From an uncultured Bacteroidales bacterium (lineage in GTDB: Bacteria; Bacteroidota; Bacteroidia; Bacteroidales; UBA10428), in contig CAZYDI010000001.1 of the NCBI GenBank assembly GCA_964646255.1, forward strand, positions 35,213-99,212: 64,000 nt of DNA, given 5' to 3'. The position numbers were made by a program, and so were the translations under genes. Below, in pieces: positions 38,784 to 49,490 of this stretch; the stretch's first letter is position 1, and every line of letters starts with the position of its first letter. Below the pieces are notes generated by a model, which did no database searches, had not been told where the DNA came from, and saw only the letters and a program-made list of their open reading frames with translations.

Positions 38784-40261
38784 TGAACCTCCTTTTCCCA
38801 GGTAGATCCGTCTTTAGTGTCTTTTACAACAATACCTAATGCTGTCAGTTTATTTCTGATGTTATCCGATGCGGCGTAGTCCTTACGCGCTTTGGCTTCC
38901 TGACGTTGTTCGAGCAAAATCTGAATTACCGCATCGAGCAATTCTTTATCCGCGGAGTCTGCTGAATTTTCAGGATAAAGTCCGAGCAGTTCAAAAACAA
39001 AGGTATGCATAAAGGGTTTCAGCGCCTTCAAATCGTGTTCACTGAGCGTTGCCTTGCCATCATATGCCGAGTTTATAATACGAACAACCTCAAATAAGTG
39101 ACTTAGTACAATGGGGGTATTCAGGTCATCACTCATTGCCTCATAAGCTTTTTCGATCAAAGCATTGATTTCAACAGATGATGTGGATGATGGTTTTAGT
39201 TTCCCGAGTAAGTCAATTCCTTTTAGCAACCTGGCCAGCCCTTGCTCGGCAGCTTTCAGCGAATCATTCGAGAAATCTACCTGGCTTGAGTAATGTGCCT
39301 GCAACACATAAAAGCGAATGGTCATGGGTGAGTATGCCTTTGCCAGCAACGCATGACTTCCTGTAAACATCTCCTCCAGGGTTATGAAATTGTTCTTCGA
39401 CCGGGCCATTTTCTGGCCATTTATCGTAATCATGTTGTTGTGCACCCAGTATTTGGCATGATTCTTACCGGTAACTACGGTTGATTGTGCAATTTCACAC
39501 TCATGATGCGGAAAAACCAGGTCCATGCCTCCTCCATGAATGTCAAACTGTTCTCCCAGGTATTTCATGCCCATGGCAGAACATTCCAGGTGCCATCCGG
39601 GAAAACCTTCGCTCCATTCCGACGGCCAATGCATCAGGTGTGAAGGTTCTGCTCTCTTCCACAAGGCAAAATCAAGGGGAAATTGTTTTTCATCCTGCCC
39701 TTCGAGTTCACGGGTATTGCTCAGCATATCATCCAGGTTTCTCCCCGAAAGTTTTCCATAGCCAAACTGCTCGTTGTACTTTCTAAGGTTAAAATATACC
39801 GAACCATTCACTTCATAGGCAAATCCTTTGTCTATTATGGCTTTAATGAGCTGCTGCTGTTCAATGATATGACCTGATGCACGCGGTTCAATGCCCGGAT
39901 TCAGCATTCCGAGTTTTTCCATAAACCTGTGATAGCTGTTGGTATACCGCTGTACCACCTCCATAGGTTCTACCTGCTCAAGCCTTGCCTTCTTTTGTAT
40001 CCGGTCTTCTCCTTCCCCCGCAATTTCGTCCTCAAGGTGTCCGACATCGGTTACATTCCTTACATACCTGACTTTATACCCCAGATGTACGAGGTAGCGG
40101 TACAGAATATCGAAGGTAACAGCAGGACGGGCATGGCCCAGGTGCGGATCACTATAAACTGTAGGGCCGCATACATACAATCCCACATGAGGAGGGTTTA
40201 ACGGCTCAAACTTTTCTTTTGTTCTGGACAGTGTATTATAAAGGAAAAGGTCACGCACCAT
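38780..40261 (-). CDS. cysS: cysteine--tRNA ligase
   Basis: [16 protein letters not shown] (HIGH), WHLECSAM and [10 protein letters not shown] (KMSKS). Confidence 0.95.
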   Translation of the reverse strand: MVRDLFLYNTLSRTKEKFEPLNPPHVGLYVCGPTVYSDPHLGHARPAVTFDILYRYLVHLGYKVRYVRNVTDVGHLEDEIAGEGEDRIQKKARLEQVEPMEVVQRYTNSYHRFMEKLGMLNPGIEPRASGHIIEQQQLIKAIIDKGFAYEVNGSVYFNLRKYNEQFGYGKLSGRNLDDMLSNTRELEGQDEKQFPLDFALWKRAEPSHLMHWPSEWSEGFPGWHLECSAMGMKYLGEQFDIHGGGMDLVFPHHECEIAQSTVVTGKNHAKYWVHNNMITINGQKMARSKNNFITLEEMFTGSHALLAKAYSPMTIRFYVLQAHYSSQVDFSNDSLKAAEQGLARLLKGIDLLGKLKPSSTSSVEINALIEKAYEAMSDDLNTPIVLSHLFEVVRIINSAYDGKATLSEHDLKALKPFMHTFVFELLGLYPENSADSADKELLDAVIQILLEQRQEAKARKDYAASDNIRNKLTALGIVVKDTKDGSTWEKEVQ

Positions 40262-40328
40262 GGAAAGGCATTTGATGATTGAACGAGAGGTTAAAGATAA
40301 AGAATTTTTATTCGTTCAATCAACCCTT

Positions 40329-41006
40329 TCAGAAACTTAGCCCTACCGTGAAATTAAATGAAGGTACCGGGGTTTTCTTGGAATTGTCTTCCATATTGCC
40401 GTAATAATCATCCTTTTCGAGTTTCTTATCCTCTTCATTATAGCGTCTTAATTTGGCAAATCCCGGGTTAATCTCAAATCCAAGCATGAGCAGGGAATAT
40501 CGCACATTTATTCCGGCAGAATATTTCATGCCCATAAAACCTAACCAGGCCTGATCGTCTGTAAACTCGTTCGAGGAATTTGAAAAATTACCGGCAACCC
40601 ATACCGGATTAAATTTGAAATAGGCATCAAATGTGAGCCGTTGCACAGGGCAATAAGAAAATGACGGACCTACCTTTGAACCAACGAACAGAAAATTCAA
40701 ACTGTTACCGCTGGTTTCAGTATCACCAAAACGGTTGTACGATACAGAAAGGTAATCAATGTTTATCCCAAGTCGCATTCCGGGCGACAATTTTATGCTG
40801 TTGAGCATAAAAATATTTCCGGCTTCGATAATTCCTCCTACCCTTCTGGTATCAGGCCAATCGTTTTTATCCTCAAATCCTATATATTTCCAGCTTGGAA
40901 TTGAATACCCGATGCGCAGGTAGGTTTGCTTCTTAAGATCGCCGCCCTGGGCGAAACCGGCAAAAGAAATTGCCAAAAAACACAAGATAACGGTAGTTTT
41001 TCTCAT
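40329..41006 (-). CDS. putative outer-membrane beta-barrel protein
   Basis: Signal peptide, alternating amphipathic strands and a terminal ...FNFTVGLSF. Confidence 0.5.
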   Translation of the reverse strand: MRKTTVILCFLAISFAGFAQGGDLKKQTYLRIGYSIPSWKYIGFEDKNDWPDTRRVGGIIEAGNIFMLNSIKLSPGMRLGINIDYLSVSYNRFGDTETSGNSLNFLFVGSKVGPSFSYCPVQRLTFDAYFKFNPVWVAGNFSNSSNEFTDDQAWLGFMGMKYSAGINVRYSLLMLGFEINPGFAKLRRYNEEDKKLEKDDYYGNMEDNSKKTPVPSFNFTVGLSF

Positions 41007-41180
41007 AATTTTGTTTAATCGTTTTTTGGGTATACGTAGTATGGCATCCTAAGGGTTAGTGCTTTAAATGAGTTTCTGTTTATTTGGAATGATTTTAAAT
41101 TAGATTGTTGCGAATTGCAAAAAATGGGTTAATGGCATATTATTCCTAATATTGCCGCACTATTTGATCTAATATAACTA

Positions 41181-43373
41181 ATGATTTCAACCATGAGAAC
41201 AAAAGGGAAAGGAACAGTTGCACTTAGGGGTCTGATAATTTCGGTTCTGGTGTTGATAATTCCATTGATTTCAAGCTGCAGGCAGAAATCCGCGATCCAA
41301 TATACTGACATTACGTCTCCGGCTGATGAGAAAAAAATAGACAGTTTGGTAAACATGATGTCGTTGGAAGAAAAAGTGGCCATGCTTTGTGGTAAAACCT
41401 TGTTTACTTCGCCCGGAGTTGAAAGGCTTGGTGTAGGTGAGCTGAATTATACCGATGGTCCTTTTGGAATACGTGAGGAATTGGATGGAAAAACATGGGC
41501 TCCCTTAAACCTGACAACCGATTCAGCAACTTTTTTTCCAACAGGATCTGCACTTGCGGCAACCTGGAATCCGGACCTTTCATACCAGTATGGCGTTGGC
41601 ATGGGCGAAGAAGCAAAAGCGCGTAAAAAGGACATTCTGTTAGGGCCCGCTGTTAATATAACCCGGTCACCCCTTAATGGAAGAACATATGAATACATGA
41701 GCGAGGATCCGCTGTTGAATGCACGTCTGGCTGTTTCTTATGTAAAGGGTGTCCAGTCTGCAGGCGTCGCTTCATGCGTAAAACATTATGCCGTCAACAA
41801 CCAGGAAACACTGCGGGGTACGGTTGATGTTCAAATGGATGAACGCACCCTGCGGGAAATTTATTTGCCCGCTTTTAAGGCAGCTGTCACGGAAGGCGGA
41901 GCTTATGCCGTCATGTCAGCCTACAACAAATTCCGGGGATATTATTGTGGCGAAAATGATTACCTGCTCAACAAAGTTCTCAGGGATGAATGGAATTTCA
42001 AAGGCATGGTAATGTCGGACTGGGGCGGAACGCACAGCACGGTAAACTCAGCACTCAATGGACTTGATGTTGAAATGGGTACTGCCATGTATTTTAATGC
42101 CGGCCTTGTCGATTCTGTTAAGGCTGGTCTGGTTCCTGAAGCGGTAATCAATGAGAAGGTTAAAAGAATTCTGCGGGTATATTATTTCAGTAAGAGAACC
42201 CCGGCACCTGAGGGCAATCCGGTGATATCAACACCCGGACATAATAAAATTGCTTATGATGTGGCTTCACAGAGCATTGTCCTGCTTAAGAATGAAGCCA
42301 AAGTACTGCCACTAAAAACGGATCGCCTTAAGAATATTGTGGTTATCGGTGAAAATGCAGTTAAAACGCATGCACAGGGCGGATTTGGCGCCGGAGTTAA
42401 AGCCAGGTACGAAATCACACCGTTGAAAGGATTACAGCAGCAATTGGGAAGTTCTGTAAACATTGAGTTTGTACAGGGTTACCGTTCTGCATTTTTAAAA
42501 CGCTTCGTGCCGGACAACACCCCCAATCAGGCATTAATAGATGAAGCCGTGAAAAAAGCCGCCAATGCGGATGCCGTATTGCTTTTTGTCGGCAACAACA
42601 GGGAAGTGGAAACTGAAAGTTTTGACCGGCAGCAATTTCAATTGCCCTTTGGCCAGGACAAACTCATTAAAGCCGTATGTGCTGTAAACCCGAAAACCAT
42701 CGTCGTGGTAGTTGCAGGAGCCCCTTCGGACCTCTCGGTAGCCGATTCCTCCTCAAAAACTATTGTCTGGTCCTGGTTTAATGGTTCCCAGGCAGGAACA
42801 GCACTGGCTGATGTACTTACAGGTAAAGTCAATCCTTCAGGACGCCTGCCCTTTACCATACCTGCAAAAATCAATGATTCCCCGGCCCATGCGCTGGGCA
42901 TATTCCCGGGTGATTCAGTAACCACTTATGAAGAAGGACTTTTTGTTGGCTACCGTTGGTTTGATAACAAAGAGATAACACCCAAATTTCCTTTTGGTTA
43001 CGGACTTTCCTATACCACTTTTGAATATGGTGACATGTCACCGGATAAAGAAAAATACCGTTTGAACGATTCCATTAAGATTACCCTGCGCATAAGGAAC
43101 AGTGGGGGAATGGATGGACTGGAAACGGTGCAGATATACGTAAGTCAGCCCGGAACAAAAGTCATCAAACCGGTAAGGGAATTGAAAGCCTTTAAAAAGA
43201 TTCACCTTGCCGCAGGTACAGAATCCACCATAACCATTCCCCTGGCAGTTGCTGATTTGGCCTGGTTTGATGAAAAAATCATGTCATGGACTGTATCGCC
43301 GGGTAAGTATTTAATCGCAGCAGGTAAATCGTCCCGCGACATCCATAAGATTTCTGAAGTTGAAATAAAGTAA
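41181..43373 (+). CDS. glycoside hydrolase family 3 beta-glucosidase-like lipoprotein
   Basis: Lipobox LISSC. GPFGIRE, KHYAVNNQE, MSDWGG (nucleophile Asp) and a C-terminal Fn3-like domain (VQIYVSQP...RELKAFKKIHL). Confidence 0.9.
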   Translation: MISTMRTKGKGTVALRGLIISVLVLIIPLISSCRQKSAIQYTDITSPADEKKIDSLVNMMSLEEKVAMLCGKTLFTSPGVERLGVGELNYTDGPFGIREELDGKTWAPLNLTTDSATFFPTGSALAATWNPDLSYQYGVGMGEEAKARKKDILLGPAVNITRSPLNGRTYEYMSEDPLLNARLAVSYVKGVQSAGVASCVKHYAVNNQETLRGTVDVQMDERTLREIYLPAFKAAVTEGGAYAVMSAYNKFRGYYCGENDYLLNKVLRDEWNFKGMVMSDWGGTHSTVNSALNGLDVEMGTAMYFNAGLVDSVKAGLVPEAVINEKVKRILRVYYFSKRTPAPEGNPVISTPGHNKIAYDVASQSIVLLKNEAKVLPLKTDRLKNIVVIGENAVKTHAQGGFGAGVKARYEITPLKGLQQQLGSSVNIEFVQGYRSAFLKRFVPDNTPNQALIDEAVKKAANADAVLLFVGNNREVETESFDRQQFQLPFGQDKLIKAVCAVNPKTIVVVVAGAPSDLSVADSSSKTIVWSWFNGSQAGTALADVLTGKVNPSGRLPFTIPAKINDSPAHALGIFPGDSVTTYEEGLFVGYRWFDNKEITPKFPFGYGLSYTTFEYGDMSPDKEKYRLNDSIKITLRIRNSGGMDGLETVQIYVSQPGTKVIKPVRELKAFKKIHLAAGTESTITIPLAVADLAWFDEKIMSWTVSPGKYLIAAGKSSRDIHKISEVEIK

Positions 43374-43384
43374 ATAGCTAAAGG

Positions 43385-43630
43385 TTATTCCACAGCTTCG
43401 AGCGCCTTCATTTCAGGAAACTTTTTACGGATAGCCTGTTCTATCCCTGCCTTTAACGTCATTACACTAAACGGACATCCGTCACAGGCTCCCATGAGCC
43501 TTACTTTTACCGTATTGTCGGGTGTAAGGTCAATAAGCTCCACATCTCCGCCATCGGCCCTAAGATATGGCCGAACCTCATTAATGGCGGTATTGATATT
43601 ATTCAGTATAATTTCCCTGGATGTATTCAT
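43385..43630 (-). CDS. NifU C-terminal domain (Nfu-type) Fe-S assembly protein
   Basis: RPYLRADGGDVELI...GACDGCPFS. The start is taken at MNTSREI, which avoids overlap with mrp. Confidence 0.8.
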   Translation of the reverse strand: MNTSREIILNNINTAINEVRPYLRADGGDVELIDLTPDNTVKVRLMGACDGCPFSVMTLKAGIEQAIRKKFPEMKALEAVE

Positions 43631-43640
43631 GTTCAACAAT

Positions 43641-44756
43641 TTAATGGGTATTATGGGAGCGTGTTTTTGAAATTTCAACCACACGGGTAGGTGCCAAATT
43701 GGTATTTCGTTTGATCAGCTGTATAATGAGGTTATCGGCCACCGTCTTGAAAGCTTCACCGGCCGGACCCTTTTTCACTACTATTGGCTCACCCTGATCG
43801 CCGCTTTCACGGATACTTTGCACAAGGGGTATCTGCCCAAGCAATGCAATGTCGAACTGGGTTGCCAGCTTAGAACAGCCGTCCTTGCCAAAAATATAGT
43901 ATTTATTGTCGGGTAATTCTTCGGGCGTAAACCACGCCATGTTCTCAATGAGTCCGAGTACAGGAACATTTACCGAAGGATTGCGAAACATATTGATGCC
44001 TTTAACAACATCGGCCAGCGCAACATCCTGCGGAGTGCTGACAATAACAGCTCCCGTAACAGGAACACTCTGAACAAGGGTAAGGTGAATATCGCTTGTG
44101 CCCGGGGGCAAATCAATAAACATGTAATCAAGTTCACCCCACTCGGCATCACCGAGTAACTGCTGAAAGGCTCCTGATGCCATTGGCCCCCGCCATATCG
44201 TTGCTTCATCGGGATTCACGAAAAAACCCATTGACAATGTTTTTATTCCGTATCGCTCAATTGGAATAATAAGATCCTTGCCATTGACCTTATTTACGTA
44301 AGGATTTTCATATTCAGCATTAAGCATCTTAGGAATTGAGGGGCCAAAAATATCGGCATCGATAAGGCCAACCTTTGCACCGGTTTTGGCAAAAGCCACA
44401 GCCAGGTTAACAGCTACGGTGGATTTCCCAACGCCTCCCTTTCCCGATGCTATCGCGATAATATTTCTTGTCTCCTTAAGGTACCTGGCTGCACCGGTTT
44501 CAGCTTTCTTTACCGGAGCTATGATCTCAATATCCACATTAAGGTCCTGGCCAAATTCATCCTGCAGCACTTTTATACATGCTTTTCGTATGGAAGATTT
44601 CAGCGGATCATTGGCGGCAAACTCCATTGAAAAATGTATGCCCTGTTCATTGATTGACAGGCCATTGATCAAATGCATCGATATGATATCCTTTCCTGTG
44701 GCAGGATGAACAACTTTGCGCAGCACTTCAAGTACACGACTTTCTGAAATATTCAT
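43641..44756 (-). CDS. Mrp/NBP35 (ApbC) family Fe-S cluster carrier ATPase
   Basis: N-terminal DUF59-like region and deviant Walker A IASGKGGVGKSTV. Confidence 0.9.
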   Translation of the reverse strand: MNISESRVLEVLRKVVHPATGKDIISMHLINGLSINEQGIHFSMEFAANDPLKSSIRKACIKVLQDEFGQDLNVDIEIIAPVKKAETGAARYLKETRNIIAIASGKGGVGKSTVAVNLAVAFAKTGAKVGLIDADIFGPSIPKMLNAEYENPYVNKVNGKDLIIPIERYGIKTLSMGFFVNPDEATIWRGPMASGAFQQLLGDAEWGELDYMFIDLPPGTSDIHLTLVQSVPVTGAVIVSTPQDVALADVVKGINMFRNPSVNVPVLGLIENMAWFTPEELPDNKYYIFGKDGCSKLATQFDIALLGQIPLVQSIRESGDQGEPIVVKKGPAGEAFKTVADNLIIQLIKRNTNLAPTRVVEISKTRSHNTH

Positions 44757-44816
44757 TGTAAGCCTTATGTTTTACAAGGCAAATTTACAATTCTTTTCAG
44801 GGATAAATACAATTAT

Positions 44817-45179
44817 TTAGACTAATTCAAGATAAGGATCCCAAAAACACTGTTTGAAGTTTTTGATTTGATCTTTCTCTATGACTATTCCTTCACTTTC
44901 CAATAACTCCTGCATCAAATCGGGATGCCTGAAATGGTGCTTTCCGGTGAGCATTCCGTTTCGGTTTACCACCCGGTGAGCCGGAATTGATGTTAATTCA
45001 TAATGGGAGGCATTCATGGCCCAACCTACCATGCGCGATGATTGTGGTGATCCGGTATACCGGGCAATTGCCCCGTACGTGGTTACCCTGCCGGGTGGAA
45101 TTAATCGCACTACTTCATAAACCCGGTTAAAGAAACCGTCATTCTTCGCTTTCGGGAGGTTCGGCAATTTTTTTTTCAT
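44817..45179 (-). CDS. alkyltransferase-like (ATL) protein of the MGMT family, lacking the acceptor cysteine
   Basis: GRVTTYGAIARYTGSPQSSRMVGWAM...IPAHRVVNRNGMLTG. PAHRVV replaces PCHRVV, and the protein resembles E. coli YbaZ (LPWHRVVNRHG). The start is taken at MKKKLPN. Confidence 0.75.
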   Translation of the reverse strand: MKKKLPNLPKAKNDGFFNRVYEVVRLIPPGRVTTYGAIARYTGSPQSSRMVGWAMNASHYELTSIPAHRVVNRNGMLTGKHHFRHPDLMQELLESEGIVIEKDQIKNFKQCFWDPYLELV

Positions 45180-45840
45180 GAGGCAGCTCAAAACAAAGGT
45201 AATTAATCCGCATTCCCATAGCCAGGAACTGCTGTTCATAAAAGGTTTTAATATCCAGGATATCGTCATTGATGCCGGAGCGGTATAAATCACCGGTACT
45301 TATCCTTATGTTAAAACCATTGGTAATAGCAAGTTCCCGGGTATAATTGTACAATATATCGTTATCCGTCTTTAGGTGTATCAATCCGTTGTTCTTTAAA
45401 AACTGCGCATAACTGGACAGGAACCTGGGGCTGGTAAGTCTTTTTCTTTTCTTTTTTAGTTGAGGGTCAGGAAAGGTTATCCATATTTCGTCCACTTCAT
45501 GATGATCGAAAAAGGAACTGATCAATTCAATGTGGGTTCGCAGGAAACGAACATTACCAAGATTCTCACGCAGCGCAGTGCTTGCACCTTTCCAAATGCG
45601 TGAACCTTTAATATCCACCCCGATAAAATTTTTATCCGGAAACCGCTTTGCAAGGCCGGTGGTATATTCCCCTTTGCCACAGCCCAGCTCCAGAACCAGA
45701 GGATTCGAATTCCCAAACTGATCCTTTTTCCAGTTTCCCTTTGTATGATAGTTCTTATTGAATACTTCCTGAAATGAAGGTTGAATAACATTGGAAAAGG
45801 TTTCCATTTCAGCAAATCGCTGAAGTTTTTTCTTGCCCAT
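45139..45840 (-). CDS. trmB: tRNA (guanine46-N7)-methyltransferase
   Basis: LELGCGKGEYT, FIGVDIKG and WITFPDPQLKK. Confidence 0.9.
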   Translation of the reverse strand: MGKKKLQRFAEMETFSNVIQPSFQEVFNKNYHTKGNWKKDQFGNSNPLVLELGCGKGEYTTGLAKRFPDKNFIGVDIKGSRIWKGASTALRENLGNVRFLRTHIELISSFFDHHEVDEIWITFPDPQLKKKRKRLTSPRFLSSYAQFLKNNGLIHLKTDNDILYNYTRELAITNGFNIRISTGDLYRSGINDDILDIKTFYEQQFLAMGMRINYLCFELPHEKKIAEPPESEE

Positions 45841-45858
45841 AAATACTCAGAAGCGTTA

Positions 45859-46329
45859 TTACCGTTTTTGTTTAGCCTTTTCAATCCGAAGGCCGATATG
45901 ACTTATATGTTTCAGATCATTAATCCACATGGCCTGTTCAATATCAAACCGGTAAATTCCCTTTACCGGAAACCGGATATTTGTACGGTAAGGCTGATAA
46001 AGTGTATACACTGCTGCAGATCCCTTGCCAAGCCATTTTCCATGATCATTGGCCAGGACAGCTTCAATAGTGTCCCTGGAAAGTGATCCGCTTGGGGCCT
46101 TTGCAGTTACAAACATATAAAGGTTGCTGAATTCATATTGCCCCGTGTTTCTTACAGATATATATACATTGTGTGCAGAGGCCGTATCGGTTATATTTAC
46201 ATTGAAATGCAGAATGTCATTGCTATTCCATGTCTGGTTTTTAATTGTCTCAAATTGTTCGAATACCATCTGACGGTCACATGCAATAACCACCAGGCAA
46301 GAACATATCCCTATAAGGAATTTCTTCAT
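45859..46329 (-). CDS. gldH: gliding motility lipoprotein GldH
   Basis: The start MKKFLIGICSCLVVIACD (lipobox) lies 1 nt after the PSP1 gene stop. YISVRNTGQYEFSNLYMF...GKWLGKG...GIYRFDIEQAM...GLRIEK. Confidence 0.8.
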   Translation of the reverse strand: MKKFLIGICSCLVVIACDRQMVFEQFETIKNQTWNSNDILHFNVNITDTASAHNVYISVRNTGQYEFSNLYMFVTAKAPSGSLSRDTIEAVLANDHGKWLGKGSAAVYTLYQPYRTNIRFPVKGIYRFDIEQAMWINDLKHISHIGLRIEKAKQKR

Positions 46330-46330
46330 T

Positions 46331-47470
46331 TTAACGGCGGTGTTTGTTATGGGGCTTTTTGCGGGGCTTGTTCGATGGCTTGTCTTCGAACCGGGTAAGA
46401 ATTTTTTCATCTACTGCATTCTTATACTGATAGTCAATAATGGGTGCAATATTTATATCCTGTATGCTTTCGAGCTTCTTTACTTTCTCGCCTTTCCTGT
46501 TCTTTGCAATAATATCTTTAACCTGATCAACCGACAAACAAACAATTTCAGCGGGCAGGTCTTTTCTTGATGAATACCACATCAATCCTTTAAAAACATC
46601 GGTTTTTTGATGATATACCATCCCCTGTTCCGTTTCCAACGGAATGGAGGTATCCGGGAAATTCTTCTGTGCATCAAGATACGATGCTAACTCATAATTG
46701 AGGCAGCACTTGAGCTTACCGCATTGTCCGGCCAGTTTCTGCGGATTCAGTGAAACCTCCTGATAACGGGCTGCATTGGTAGTAACTGAGATAAAGCTTG
46801 TAATCCATGTTGAACAACACAATTCGCGACCGCATGAACCTATCCCGCCAATTCTGCCGGCTTCCTGCCTTGCGCCAATCTGCTTCATCTCAATGCGTAC
46901 CTTTAGCTGATCGGCTAAAACCTTGATCAGTTCCCTGAAATCAACCCGGTCATCCGCGATATAGTAAAAGATTGCCTTGGTGCCGTCTCCCTGATATTCC
47001 ACATCACCTATCTTCATTTCAAGCTTGAGGTCCAGGGCAATTTTCCTCGATTTAATCATGGTTGTGAATTCCAGGGCAATGGATTCATTCCATTTGTCAA
47101 TATCGGCAGGCTTGGCTTTCCGGTATATTTTCCTGAACTCTGTCCCTTCCAAAGGAATATTATTGCGCATCAGCTGTAACCGGACCAGTGATCCGACAAG
47201 TGAAACGATGCCGATATCATGGCCGGGAGATGCCTCAACCGCGATAACATCCCCTTTTTTTAACTTGATATCGTTTACATTCCTGTAATAACCTTTCCTG
47301 GTATTTTTGAACCTTACCTCTACAATGTCACACTCCTGGTACATTTCAGGAATATCTGAAAGGTAGTCGTATGTATTGAGTTTGTTACCCCCAAGATCTA
47401 CACAGGTAACAGATTCAGTGGCGTCTTTAATAAACTTATGGCATCCACGGCCATTACAACCGTTGGTCAT
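46331..47470 (-). CDS. PSP1 domain protein (YaaT/RicT-like)
   Basis: A PSP1 C-terminal-like core with Cys-rich GSCGRELCCSTW...GQCGKLKCCLNYE. Confidence 0.8.
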   Translation of the reverse strand: MTNGCNGRGCHKFIKDATESVTCVDLGGNKLNTYDYLSDIPEMYQECDIVEVRFKNTRKGYYRNVNDIKLKKGDVIAVEASPGHDIGIVSLVGSLVRLQLMRNNIPLEGTEFRKIYRKAKPADIDKWNESIALEFTTMIKSRKIALDLKLEMKIGDVEYQGDGTKAIFYYIADDRVDFRELIKVLADQLKVRIEMKQIGARQEAGRIGGIGSCGRELCCSTWITSFISVTTNAARYQEVSLNPQKLAGQCGKLKCCLNYELASYLDAQKNFPDTSIPLETEQGMVYHQKTDVFKGLMWYSSRKDLPAEIVCLSVDQVKDIIAKNRKGEKVKKLESIQDINIAPIIDYQYKNAVDEKILTRFEDKPSNKPRKKPHNKHRR

Positions 47471-47558
47471 TATTTGCTGTATTTAATAACATGTGAACAG
47501 GCAAAAGTAAAAAATAAATCGTAAGACCGGCATTAAATTAAGTCTAAATACAGGATTG

Positions 47559-49400
47559 TCAGTTCTCCTGAATTGTCCACGCAGGCTCCCAATCCCAATT
47601 CGACCGAAGTTGTTCAGCTTTATCGGAGACAAATACTTTTTCAGGTTGTATTTTTTTCAGGTAGTTGCCTGTATCCCATTTCCCATTGTCATTGGCATCG
47701 TAAATGGCTTTGAACATATATTTACCCGGCAACATATAGTCGAAGGTCAAAATACCATCACCCCGGGCAATGGTCGACTTTACCACCAATCCCTTTTGGT
47801 CAATGATTTGTACAATCATAGGGTATGCATAAGCGCTGAAATTGAGCAGGATTCTGCCGTAGAAGTCGGCCTGCTGGGTAACAAACTTTACCTCGATGGT
47901 ATCATTGCTGTTCCCATAGATGTCAATTGCAGCCCCGGGCTTGAATAATACGCTGTAATCCGTTGATTCTTCCCAGTCAGCCTTTATATTAAACCTTCGA
48001 TGCTGCATGGAATCCTTAACCAAATCAAACCTTTCCGGCACATAAAGCGTGTCAGAAAGTTTTTTAACAATGATGGAATCCTTGTTTAGTAACCGGATGG
48101 GTTTTCCTGTTGCAACAACCAGCATTGCGTTTAACTGCAAAACGCTTCCGCTTCTTGCACCGGGCGTTAACTGCAAACCCTTTTTTTCAACTTTTTTTAG
48201 TTCGGGTTGACCGCGCCTTCCCCCTCCGCTTCCCTTTTCGTCCCTGGCTGAGGCTGAGGCAATCCTTAACTTTACAGTATCGGTTACAGCAGCCAGGTTA
48301 CCGGTTGAATCGGTAGTTTTGTATTGCAACTTCAGATGCAGGGTATCCAGTTTGGATTTCAGTGTATCTGTTATCCAGTAACCCAAAGTATCGCCGTTTA
48401 CCGAAGGTTCCTGCAGCAACCAACCCTCATGTGCTTCAAAGTTCAGCGGTACAATATGAAGGGAATCAAAAAGCGATCTGTTAAAGGTAAAAGTAAATTT
48501 TTCCGCTGATTCCCGGGTCCTTGAGGTGATGAATACATTCTTGTTTTCTTCAGAAAAAGAGAAAAGTGAAACATTCACAGCATTCAGCACTTTACCAGGG
48601 GCAATGATGGTATCCGCTAAATTGGCCGTATCGCGCCGGCTTCCCCGCTGAACAATCCTCTCAGGGGTTATAATTTTGACGGTATCCTTAATGAACGTTT
48701 GAACTTTTACATTTTCACTGCTTATTACCAGGAGCGAATCCATAAAAGCAATGTCTTCAATTCCCGGATTGTATTTTAAGTCATTGTTGGCATCTTCCAG
48801 GGCTATGAGCCTGAATGTATCCGGATGTATATTGTTTACGGCAAAAAGTCCATAACTATTGGCTTTTCCGTAATATCGCGGGATTTCCAGAAACGGTGCT
48901 GAGTCATTCAGGTTTTCGTAAAGGAGAATGAAAACATCCTTTTTTTCTTCAGGTTTCAGGGTGAATGCATCTTTAACACTGCCTGTAACCGATAATGAAT
49001 CAATCACATCCCCTGTGGAAAACACAAACTCAAAGTCGGGTAAAGGATTTCCTTCATTCAAATCGGCAATGGCCTTCCCGAAATTTATGGTATAGGTAGT
49101 ATTGGGCAGTAGATCTTCACCAAACGTTACCCTGATTGACTTTTCCCTTACCCGCACCAAAGGCTTTTTTTTCATTGGAGGAGAAATGATAATCTCCTTG
49201 TTCTGGTCTTTTAATTGCAGGTACTCATCAAAATAAATGTCCACACGGTCGCCATTAAACCGAACCGACCTGTTCTCAGGAAAAGATGATAAATACAATG
49301 GCGGATTAACATCCTTAGGGCCGCCTGTCGGACTGCCCATTTTTGCACAACCCTGTATAAGAATCAGGATAAGAAATGTGAAATATAGTGATAGCTTCAT
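47559..49400 (-). CDS. Ig-like (SbsA/Big_5-type) domain lipoprotein
   Basis: Lipobox LIQGC. N-terminus GSPTGGPKDVNPP...FDEYLQLKD is typical of this conserved Bacteroidota lipoprotein family. Function unknown. Confidence 0.6.
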   Translation of the reverse strand: MKLSLYFTFLILILIQGCAKMGSPTGGPKDVNPPLYLSSFPENRSVRFNGDRVDIYFDEYLQLKDQNKEIIISPPMKKKPLVRVREKSIRVTFGEDLLPNTTYTINFGKAIADLNEGNPLPDFEFVFSTGDVIDSLSVTGSVKDAFTLKPEEKKDVFILLYENLNDSAPFLEIPRYYGKANSYGLFAVNNIHPDTFRLIALEDANNDLKYNPGIEDIAFMDSLLVISSENVKVQTFIKDTVKIITPERIVQRGSRRDTANLADTIIAPGKVLNAVNVSLFSFSEENKNVFITSRTRESAEKFTFTFNRSLFDSLHIVPLNFEAHEGWLLQEPSVNGDTLGYWITDTLKSKLDTLHLKLQYKTTDSTGNLAAVTDTVKLRIASASARDEKGSGGGRRGQPELKKVEKKGLQLTPGARSGSVLQLNAMLVVATGKPIRLLNKDSIIVKKLSDTLYVPERFDLVKDSMQHRRFNIKADWEESTDYSVLFKPGAAIDIYGNSNDTIEVKFVTQQADFYGRILLNFSAYAYPMIVQIIDQKGLVVKSTIARGDGILTFDYMLPGKYMFKAIYDANDNGKWDTGNYLKKIQPEKVFVSDKAEQLRSNWDWEPAWTIQEN

Positions 49401-49490
49401 GGTACTGGTTCAATTGCAAATATAAGCAACAAATGGGTTGCCTTATAGGTAGTTTTCTTAGATTTGCATAAAATAATACCCTATATAACA

